DNA of 64,000 nt from Candidatus Kaiserbacteria bacterium (GTDB lineage: Bacteria > Patescibacteriota > Minisyncoccia > Phycocordibacterales > UBA2100). Of this stretch, positions 20,328-28,100 are shown piece by piece. The notes under the pieces are model-generated. The model did no database searches. It saw nothing but the letters and a program-made list of their open reading frames with translations, and had not been told where the DNA came from. The stretch covers positions 64,852-128,851 of the forward strand of contig JACPLC010000005.1 of the NCBI GenBank assembly GCA_016186695.1. The letters run 5' to 3'. The position numbers and the translations under genes are program-made. How positions within the stretch are numbered: position 1 is the first letter of the stretch; each line of letters begins with the position of its first letter.

Positions 20328-21092
20328 ATGACGAACGCGCTCGAGATCAAAGACCTTAAGAAAACCTATAAGAGCGGCACTGTCGCGCTGAAAGGAGTTT
20401 CGCTCACCGTCCCCGTTGGAGATTTCTTCGCGCTCCTCGGGCCTAATGGCGCCGGGAAAACAACGATAATTGGCATCGTGACATCGCTCGTGAACAAAAC
20501 AAGCGGCACCGTGAAGGTCTTCGGGCACGACACCGACAAGGAATTCGAAAAGGCAAAAACGTTCATCGGTCTCGTCGGGCAGGAATTGAATTTCAATCCG
20601 TTTGAAAAACCACTCGACATCGTCACAAATCAGGCTGGTTATTACGGCATTCCGCGCTCGATTGCTTTGCCGCGCGCACACCAGCTTCTCACCGATCTCG
20701 GTCTTGGCGAAAAAATGACACAGCAGTCCATGCAGCTCTCCGGCGGCATGAAGCGCCGCCTTATGATAGCGCGCGCACTCATCCACGAGCCGCGCTTCCT
20801 CATCCTTGATGAGCCAACTGCCGGCGTTGACGTCGAACTTCGCCGCAGTATGTGGGACTACCTGCAGGGCATCACAAAAAAAGGTGTGACGATTCTTCTC
20901 ACCACACACTATCTCGAAGAAGCGGAACAGCTTGCGAGCCACGTCGCCATTATTAACAAAGGCGAAATTGCGGCGGCTGGAACTATGGCGGAGATACTCG
21001 CGCTTCACGACGAAGAAGAAGCTGGCAAGAGCGGCTACCGCGGCGGCAAACTCGAAGAGGTCTTTTTGCAGCTCACGCGGAACAGCGGTTAG
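20328..21092 (+). CDS. ABC transporter ATP-binding protein (YadG-like)
   Basis: GPNGAGKTT, LSGGMKRR, LDEPTAGVD. Confidence 0.95.
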   Translation: MTNALEIKDLKKTYKSGTVALKGVSLTVPVGDFFALLGPNGAGKTTIIGIVTSLVNKTSGTVKVFGHDTDKEFEKAKTFIGLVGQELNFNPFEKPLDIVTNQAGYYGIPRSIALPRAHQLLTDLGLGEKMTQQSMQLSGGMKRRLMIARALIHEPRFLILDEPTAGVDVELRRSMWDYLQGITKKGVTILLTTHYLEEAEQLASHVAIINKGEIAAAGTMAEILALHDEEEAGKSGYRGGKLEEVFLQLTRNSG

Positions 21093-21113
21093 CGTTTAGC
21101 GAATAGCGTATAG
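21083..21113 (+). repeat. Heptamer tandem array (TAGCGnn), left flank of four-helix-bundle gene
   Basis: CAGCGGT TAGCGTT TAGCGAA TAGCGTA TAG. Confidence 0.75.
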
Positions 21114-21117
21114 AAAT

Positions 21118-21501
21118 ATGTATATACAATCATTCAGAAACCTCGTAGTCTGGCAAAAGGCACTTGAGCTCGCAAAAGAAATATACCGAGTCACAGACGA
21201 CCTCCCAAGTAAAGAGAGTTTCGGACTTCAGAGTCAGATGCGACGAGCTGCTGTTTCGATCCCGTCAAACATCGCGGAAGGTCACCGTCGTGGAACAAAG
21301 AAGGATTTCATACACTTCCTCCGTGTGTCTGACGGTTCCTCGGCAGAACTCGAGACGCAGATTCTGATATGCGAATCTAAATATCCGGACATTGATTTCA
21401 CGCGATCGAAAGCCCTGCTCGAGGAAGTTCAGAAAATGCTTGCATCGATGATTCGAAAGATTGATCTATCCTCTCAAACTAAACTAAACGCTACACGCTA
21501 A
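21118..21501 (+). CDS. Four helix bundle protein (23S rRNA IVP family)
   Basis: SFRNLVVWQKA, QMRRAAVSIPSNIAEG, GSSAELETQ. Confidence 0.93.
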   Translation: MYIQSFRNLVVWQKALELAKEIYRVTDDLPSKESFGLQSQMRRAAVSIPSNIAEGHRRGTKKDFIHFLRVSDGSSAELETQILICESKYPDIDFTRSKALLEEVQKMLASMIRKIDLSSQTKLNATR

Positions 21502-21514
21502 TCGCCATACGCTA
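21484..21514 (-). repeat. Heptamer tandem array, inverted relative to the left flank
   Basis: CTAAACG CTACACG CTAATCG CCATACG CTA. Confidence 0.75.
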
Positions 21515-22296
21515 TGTCTCCCTACCAACTTTGGATTTCTTTCTACACGATGCTGCGCAAAGATATCGTGCGCATGTTCCGCATTTGGGTGCAAACATTT
21601 TTGCCGAGCGTGATGACCTCTGTTTTGTATTTCGCTGTTTTCGGCACAATTCTCGGATCCCGCATCGGGCAGATGCAGGGCGTGGACTACATGACGTTCG
21701 TCGTTCCCGGCCTCGTGATGCTCGCGATAGTGACAACCGCGTATGCCAACACTTCGTTCATGTTCTTCACCTCCAAATTTTTCGCGCGCTCGATCGACGA
21801 GATACTCGTCTCCCCCACTCCGCCATGGCTTCTTATCGGCGGATTTGTCGCGGGCGGTGTCGTGCGCGGCGTTTTGGTCGGCACGCTCGTTCTCATCGTT
21901 TCTCTCTTTTTCACTGGCCTTTCGCTCACCATCCACAACGCACTCGTCATCCTCGGATTTGCGATTCTCACCGCTCTCGTCTTTGCGCTTGCAGGACTCG
22001 TCAATGGCATCTATGCAAAATCAATCGATGGCATCAATCTTGTGCCAACCTTCGTGCTAACCCCCCTCGTCTATCTCGGTGGCATTTTCTATTCCGTGCA
22101 CACACTTCCGGAGTGGTGGCAGGCGATCACATATGCTGATCCTCTCTTCTACCTCGTAAACGGCCTCCGCTATGGCTTCCTCGGCATCACCGATATTCCA
22201 CTCACCCTTTCTCTGGGTGTTCTCCTCGTGATGATTGCTGGCCTCGCCACAATAAATTGGTACTTCATCCGAACCGGACTTGGGTTGAGACAGTAA
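21514..22296 (+). CDS. ABC-2 transporter permease (YadH-like)
   Basis: RIWVQT..P, FVVPGLVM, LTPLVYLGGIFYS. Confidence 0.93.
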   Translation: MSPYQLWISFYTMLRKDIVRMFRIWVQTFLPSVMTSVLYFAVFGTILGSRIGQMQGVDYMTFVVPGLVMLAIVTTAYANTSFMFFTSKFFARSIDEILVSPTPPWLLIGGFVAGGVVRGVLVGTLVLIVSLFFTGLSLTIHNALVILGFAILTALVFALAGLVNGIYAKSIDGINLVPTFVLTPLVYLGGIFYSVHTLPEWWQAITYADPLFYLVNGLRYGFLGITDIPLTLSLGVLLVMIAGLATINWYFIRTGLGLRQ

Positions 22297-22359
22297 GATT
22301 GCGGTACAATTTGTGTGCGGTCGAACAGATTACTAATAACTAAACAAAATAATACTGAT

Positions 22360-22649
22360 ATGCAAATGTATCTTGTGGCAGCCGCAGGAGTAGTCGTCGG
22401 TCTCGCAGGAGGCATCTTGTGGCAGCCGCAGGAGTAGTCGTCGGTCTCGCAGGAGGCTATGTATACGGCAACCAGGCGAACAAGGTCTCTGTTTGCCACG
22501 TGACTGGCTCCGAAAGTAATCCTGTGGAGCTCATCAGCATCTCCGGCAACGCGCTCAATGCGCACCTTGCCCACGACGATTTCATCCTTCCGCAGGGAGC
22601 AACCGACTGCTCGGACGGTGACGGATCTCCTACGGGCGGCGAGAACTAG
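22360..22649 (+). pseudogene. Small secreted protein frameshifted by a 44-bp tandem duplication
   Basis: 22370-22413 repeated exactly at 22414-22457; with one copy it reads MQMYLVAAAGVVVGLAGGYVYG...KVSVCH...AHLAHDD. Confidence 0.65.
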
Positions 22650-22661
22650 CCCCCGTACGCG

Positions 22662-24065
22662 TCAGGCTTTTCCCTTGGCTATCTCTACTGCGAGACCAAG
22701 GTAGTTTTCGGGCAAGAACGATTTCAGATGTTTTTTGACTTTGTCTGAAACATCGAGGCTGTCGATAAATCTCTCAAAATCTTCCAGCGATACTTCCCTG
22801 CTGCGCGTGAGGTTTTTCAGTTTTTCGTAGGGCACTTCCACGCCTTCACGGCGGAGCGCCGTTTGGATTGCTTCTGCGATAACTTCGGGATGTTTCTGCA
22901 ATTCGGCAAGCATCGCGGCCTTGTTCACGTTCACCTTTGAGAGACCTCGCAAAAGCGCTTTGTAGCCGATGAGCGAGTGCGCGAACGCGACGCCGAAGGT
23001 GCGCTTCACCGTCGAATCCGAAAGATCGCGCTGGAGCCGCGAGATGGGGAGCTTGTGTGAAAAATGTTCGAACAAGGCATTTGCAACCCCGAGATTCCCT
23101 TCTGCGTTCTCGAAATCAATCGGGTTCACTTTGTGCGGCATCGTTGATGAGCCCACTTCGCCAGCTTTTGCTTTTTGCACAAGCCAGCCATCGCTGATAT
23201 AGCGCCAGATATCCTGCGAAAGATCGACGAGAATCGTATTGATGCGGCGCAGATTATCGAACATCTCGGCGTAGGTATCGTGCGGCTCAATCTGCGTCGT
23301 GAACTGATTTAGCTCAAGCTTGATAGACTGCTTTTTATCATTAAATCGATTGATGAATTCTTTACTGAACTTGATCCAATCGACGTCAGGAGCACCTGCC
23401 ACATGCGCGTTCCAATTTCCTGTCGCGCCTCCAAATTTTACGAGGATAGAATGTGCCGAGAGTTGCTCGCTTTGTCTGCCGATCCGTTCGTCGAATACTT
23501 TCATCTCTTTGCCGAATGTAGTCGGCGAAGCCGGCTGGCCGTGCGTACGTGCAAGCATCGGTGTTCCTGCGTGTTCTTTGACCATTTTCTGCAACGTTCC
23601 TCGAACCTCTCCCAGCGATGGAGCAACGACGGCCTCAAGTGCCCCGCGAAGTAGCAGTGCATAGGCGACGTTGTCGGTGTCTTCAGAAGTCGTCGCGAAG
23701 TGTATCCACTCGGAAACATCAACAAGCGTTTGTTTAGCGAGTTTGTGCTTCAGAAAATACTCAACCGCCTTTACATCGTGATTGGTCGCAGGAATGCCAT
23801 TGAATCCCTCCCGCTCGATTTTTTTAACCGTCCCAGCATCTTCGATAGAGACGTTGGCGATCTTTTTCAAAAGTTTCTTTTCGTCCGCTGTAAGGCTACG
23901 TAACCCGACTCCAGCTGTCTCCGACAACGCGATGAGGTATTCGCATTCGACGAGAACACGTGCGCGAATGAGGGCAAACTCGCTGAAATATTCCGTGAGC
24001 TCTTTCCCCGCGTCGCGGTAGCGACCATCTATCGAACTTATCGCTGTCAGTGGGTTAAATTCCAT
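22662..24065 (-). CDS. purB: Adenylosuccinate lyase
   Basis: TNHDVKAVEY, ARTHGQPA, GSSTMPHKVNPIDFEN. Confidence 0.97.
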   Translation of the reverse strand: MEFNPLTAISSIDGRYRDAGKELTEYFSEFALIRARVLVECEYLIALSETAGVGLRSLTADEKKLLKKIANVSIEDAGTVKKIEREGFNGIPATNHDVKAVEYFLKHKLAKQTLVDVSEWIHFATTSEDTDNVAYALLLRGALEAVVAPSLGEVRGTLQKMVKEHAGTPMLARTHGQPASPTTFGKEMKVFDERIGRQSEQLSAHSILVKFGGATGNWNAHVAGAPDVDWIKFSKEFINRFNDKKQSIKLELNQFTTQIEPHDTYAEMFDNLRRINTILVDLSQDIWRYISDGWLVQKAKAGEVGSSTMPHKVNPIDFENAEGNLGVANALFEHFSHKLPISRLQRDLSDSTVKRTFGVAFAHSLIGYKALLRGLSKVNVNKAAMLAELQKHPEVIAEAIQTALRREGVEVPYEKLKNLTRSREVSLEDFERFIDSLDVSDKVKKHLKSFLPENYLGLAVEIAKGKA

Positions 24066-24996
24066 ATTGTTTCAAATTGCGCTCCATGCGCGGAATGATG
24101 GGTTCTTCTCCGGCGACAAATTTCCCGCCCGTGATCTGCTCATACATCTGAATGTAGCGCCGCGACATTTCTTCCACAAGCTTAGGCGGTGCGGGAGGAA
24201 GCACGGCGTCTTTGTACGGATCGCAGTGTTCCTTGAACCACAGCCGCAGGAACTCTTTGTCGAAATACTCCGGCTCCTCCCCTTTTGCGATGCGTTCACC
24301 GTATGATCCTTTCTGCCAATAGCGCGAAGAATCTGGTGTATGGATTTCGTCGATGAGTGTTAACCCCGTTTTTCCCTTCTCTCCCACTCCAAATTCGTAT
24401 TTCGTGTCTACAAGAATAAGGCCTCGCTCTGCGGCGATTTCCTGCCCGCGCGCGAAGAGCGCGAGAGCAGTTTGTTTAACTTTCTCGAACAGTTCCTTCG
24501 TGACAAATCCTTCTGATACCAATTCTTCCACCGAGAGTGTCCGATCATGTTTTTCTTCCTTCGTCGTCGGATCGAAAATGGGATTCGGAAGCTTTTGGTT
24601 CTTCTTCATGCCATCCGACAATGTGAGTCCTCCGAAACTCCGCTCGCCTTTCGAGTATCTTGTCCAAATAGCGGTGTCGGTAACACCGGTAAGGTATCCA
24701 CGTACGACCGCTTCGATGGGAACAGTTTTCAATTTCTTTACGACAGTGACATTTGGGTCGGGAACAGCAAGAACATGATTGGGCACAATATCTTTTGTCT
24801 GCTCGAACCACCATGCGCTCACTTGATTCAAGACCTGCCCTTTGTGTGGGATGTGCGCGATGAGCCGATCGAACGAAGAATGTCGATCTGTTGAAATTAA
24901 AATCAGCCGGTCAGGCTGTTCATAGATGTCGCGCACCTTCCCTGCTCTTTTCTTTCCGAGAAATTCAAAATTCGTTTCTTTGAGTACTTCCGTCAT
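24055..24996 (-). CDS. purC: SAICAR synthetase
   Basis: GKVRDIY, LILVDTKYEFG, DEIHTPDSSRYW. Confidence 0.96.
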   Translation of the reverse strand: MTEVLKETNFEFLGKKRAGKVRDIYEQPDRLILISTDRHSSFDRLIAHIPHKGQVLNQVSAWWFEQTKDIVPNHVLAVPDPNVTVVKKLKTVPIEAVVRGYLTGVTDTAIWTRYSKGERSFGGLTLSDGMKKNQKLPNPIFDPTTKEEKHDRTLSVEELVSEGFVTKELFEKVKQTALALFARGQEIAAERGLILVDTKYEFGVGEKGKTGLTLIDEIHTPDSSRYWQKGSYGERIAKGEEPEYFDKEFLRLWFKEHCDPYKDAVLPPAPPKLVEEMSRRYIQMYEQITGGKFVAGEEPIIPRMERNLKQYGI

Positions 24997-25026
24997 GTTG
25001 CAATGTACATCGATTTCTCCTGCTAG

Positions 25027-26070
25027 TCAAGACCATCGGAGCTGGCCCGTAAAAATGACGTCTTTATTGCCTTTTTTGATGACTCCTATCTCATATGCAT
25101 CAACACCAGATTTTTTCATATGCTCAATCACCTCGTCCGTAAAATCTTTGCGTACCACCGCGGCAATCCCGACTCCCATATTGAACGTGCGAAGCATATC
25201 GGCATCCTCTAGGTTGCCGTATTTTTTCAACACGCCAAAAATCGGCAGGACTTTCAGCTTTGAGAGATCTATTTCGGCGCCCAAAGAGTCTGGCAGAATC
25301 CTGTTGAGATTTTCTTTGATGCCGCCTCCGGTGATGTGCGCAAGGCCAACGAGCCCCTCGCGCGCGAACAGGTCTTTCAGACAATTGTAGTAGGCGCGGT
25401 GCGGCGTGAGTATTGTTTCGATAAATGTTTTGCCTTCGATCATTTCATCTGCGATTTTCGGATTTGCATCCAGCATCTTCCGAATGAGCGAGAACCCGTT
25501 GGTGTGCACACCGCTCGAGGCTAGTGCGAGCACGACGTCGCCTTCGCGAATCTTCGAGCCGTCGGTAATGTTTTCCTTCTCAACCACGCCGACAATGCTC
25601 GCCGTAAGAATATACGTACCGGCAGGTACGACATCCGGCTGTTCCGAGGTTTCTCCGCCCGTAAGCACAGCACCGTTTTCCTTGCATGCGGCAGAAAGTG
25701 CAGAGACTATATTCAATACAACTTCCTTTTCGAGCTTGCCGCACACAATGCAATCTTGTACCGAAAGTGGCTTCGCACCCATCACGATGGCGTCGTTCAC
25801 GAGGTGATTGACGAGGTCGTAGCAGATGGTCTCGATACTCCCGTGTTCGAGTGCCAGTTTTTGTTTCGAGCCCGGCTCCTCCGTCTTCAGAACGAGGACA
25901 GGATGCTTGTACTCCGGAAAGGCAGCGTCAAAAAGACTCGCGAACGCGCCAACTTTGTTGAGAACCCGCGCATTGTTGGTTGCGAGGATCTCTGCCATCT
26001 TTCGTTTCGCTTCATTGGCCGCGTCTATGTCTACTCCAGTCCCTTTGTACGATAACTTCTTGCCGCTCAT
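25027..26070 (-). CDS. purM: AIR synthetase
   Basis: SYK.TGVDI, LTGGET, SSGVHTNGFSL, HITGGG, RTFNMGVG. Confidence 0.96.
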   Translation of the reverse strand: MSGKKLSYKGTGVDIDAANEAKRKMAEILATNNARVLNKVGAFASLFDAAFPEYKHPVLVLKTEEPGSKQKLALEHGSIETICYDLVNHLVNDAIVMGAKPLSVQDCIVCGKLEKEVVLNIVSALSAACKENGAVLTGGETSEQPDVVPAGTYILTASIVGVVEKENITDGSKIREGDVVLALASSGVHTNGFSLIRKMLDANPKIADEMIEGKTFIETILTPHRAYYNCLKDLFAREGLVGLAHITGGGIKENLNRILPDSLGAEIDLSKLKVLPIFGVLKKYGNLEDADMLRTFNMGVGIAAVVRKDFTDEVIEHMKKSGVDAYEIGVIKKGNKDVIFTGQLRWS

Positions 26071-26600
26071 ATCAATCCCTGCTCTTCAAGGTATTTTTTG
26101 AATCCTTTTTCCTGCAGCTTCGCGTCTTTCGCGAAAACATCTCCACCAAGCTTTTGTTTGTAGGCAGAAACTTTCGCGCGTACTGTTTCATCACCTGTAC
26201 CGATGATTTGTGCGGCAAGGATACCGGCATTTTTCGCACCGTTGATCGCAACGGTCGCAACAGGAATCCCCGGCGGCATCTGCGCAGTCGAGAAAAGCGC
26301 GTCCACTCCTGCCGCCCCCATCTTCGCGCTCGCGAGCGGAACACCAATGACAGGAAGCTCCGTGTGTGCTGCAACAACTCCCGCAAGATGCGCGGCGCCT
26401 CCGGCGCCGCAGATGAATACTTTGTACCCTGCGGCTTCGCTCTTTTTTACATATTTAACGATTGCCTCGGGCGTGCGGTGAGCCGAGAGCGTGTGCACTT
26501 CCGAAGCGATCCCGAATTCCTCCAAAATCTTCGCCGCCTCTTGCATCACCGGCAAATCGGAGTCAGAGCCCATTACAATCCCCACGAGCGGCTCATTCAT
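26067..26600 (-). CDS. purE: N5-CAIR mutase / AIR carboxylase catalytic subunit
   Basis: [31 protein letters not shown]. Confidence 0.97.
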   Translation of the reverse strand: MNEPLVGIVMGSDSDLPVMQEAAKILEEFGIASEVHTLSAHRTPEAIVKYVKKSEAAGYKVFICGAGGAAHLAGVVAAHTELPVIGVPLASAKMGAAGVDALFSTAQMPPGIPVATVAINGAKNAGILAAQIIGTGDETVRAKVSAYKQKLGGDVFAKDAKLQEKGFKKYLEEQGLI

Positions 26601-26630
26601 AACGAGTATGCATTATACTCGTTTTTTCAC

Positions 26631-27179
26631 TCACGAACAGTTCAGTGGATCGCAGGCACCTTCATATCCATTATAGGGGTCGCGGAGTTTCAAGTAGTTG
26701 CCTCGTTCGTTCTTGTACCACCCCTCCTCAGACACAATATAAAAATCCTGCGGGCGATCTTCGGGATCGTCGTTGGATGGTGTAAAACCGCGGATTATAG
26801 AATCCTCGACAAGAGGGTAGAGGCCATAGTGTCGATGACTCGCTGCCGGCGAATTTTCTCGTCTCCCGTAGTTGTACACCTCGCCTTTGTATCCTTCCCT
26901 TCCCAGCATGTCTCCAGCCTTTACCTTGCTTCCAACCGCAACTGTTGTCGTTGCCATATGCTCGACAACGAAAATCCTCTGCGACGAGGTACCTACAACG
27001 AGCGCAATCGATCCATTAAAATCATCTCGAAAAAGTACGGTCCCGTCGTAAGGAGAATAGACGGGCGTGAAGTACCCGCAGTAGTAATCAACTCCGGTGT
27101 GCGCATGGTTACCGACCGTCCCTCCAAACCCGAGGGTCACGATGCATGTGGTGATAGTGCCAACGAGAAAAGACAGCAT
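26631..27179 (-). CDS. M23 peptidase-like protein
   Basis: HTGVD (HxxxD), PVYSPYDG, HM, V..G..V..G..LG..G, HRH. Confidence 0.65.
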   Translation of the reverse strand: MLSFLVGTITTCIVTLGFGGTVGNHAHTGVDYYCGYFTPVYSPYDGTVLFRDDFNGSIALVVGTSSQRIFVVEHMATTTVAVGSKVKAGDMLGREGYKGEVYNYGRRENSPAASHRHYGLYPLVEDSIIRGFTPSNDDPEDRPQDFYIVSEEGWYKNERGNYLKLRDPYNGYEGACDPLNCS

Positions 27180-27299
27180 ACCTGAAAAACCCACCAAATA
27201 AAACAAAAAAGGTCCCTATGGGACCTACTTCTGACTACCTGTGGGGTCAGCACCCTACCACTCTATGCAAGTGATGTCAATGCTTGGAAAAGTCGCCCG

Positions 27300-28100
27300 C
27301 TAGGTGAAATAACGCACTGCATTTCTAAATAGCTGAAGACCGGGACTCTCTTTTGGCATTGGCCTGTCATCGCGGACATATTCTTCTCGCAAAAGCGTCC
27401 AGTGCGGAAGCTGGGTGAAGCGCACGGCGCGCTCGGGATGCGGCATGAGCCCGAGCACTCTGCCACCGTAGCCGGTGATGCCTGCGATACCCTCGAGCGA
27501 GCCATTGGGGTTTGCCGGCATGTCGAAGTGCTTCGCCGTTTCTCCTTCCACATACTTCAGTGCAACCGCACCATCTTTCTTTAACTGTGCAAGCGTCTCT
27601 GGCTGCGCGAAATATTTTCCCTCACCATGTGCGATTGGGACGGAAAGCATTTTGATGCCCTTCAGCCATGGGCTGTCATTCTGCACTTCGAGATCCACCC
27701 AGCGGGCGTTGTAGCGCGCGATGCCTGCCCGTACTCCGTCTTGCGGAGGCGGGTCGTTTGCGACGAGAGCGCCGGGCAGGAATCCTGCGCTCGTGAGTAT
27801 CTGGAACCCGTTGCAAATGCCGGCCATCAAGGTGTCCCGCGCGAGAAACTTTTCGATTTCCTTGCCCAAATGATGCCTCACCTTATTGCCGTACGCCTTC
27901 CCCGCACCGGTGTGATCGCCGTACGCAAAGCCGCCGCCGAAGACAATGATTTGTGCTTTTTTCAAAATCGAGGGCTTTGCGATGACGTCGTTGAGATGCA
28001 CGATGTCCGCCGTCGCTCCGACCTGCTCGAACGCGGCTTTCGTTTCATCCTCTGTGTTGAGGCCGTATCCCGAGAAAATGATGACATGCGGTTTTACCAT
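27300..28100 (-). CDS. purQ: FGAM synthase glutaminase subunit
   Basis: GGFAYGD, GICNGFQ, IAHGEG, NPNGS, MPHPER. Confidence 0.96.
   Translation of the reverse strand: MVKPHVIIFSGYGLNTEDETKAAFEQVGATADIVHLNDVIAKPSILKKAQIIVFGGGFAYGDHTGAGKAYGNKVRHHLGKEIEKFLARDTLMAGICNGFQILTSAGFLPGALVANDPPPQDGVRAGIARYNARWVDLEVQNDSPWLKGIKMLSVPIAHGEGKYFAQPETLAQLKKDGAVALKYVEGETAKHFDMPANPNGSLEGIAGITGYGGRVLGLMPHPERAVRFTQLPHWTLLREEYVRDDRPMPKESPGLQLFRNAVRYFT

Noticed and set aside
21118-21501. Four-helix bundle as a DGR accessory (Avd) gene
   Set aside because: No reverse transcriptase or template/variable repeat pair with adenine-specific differences in the window
25980-27185. 401-aa plus-strand ORF
   Set aside because: Antisense to purE and the M23-like gene; no recognisable motifs
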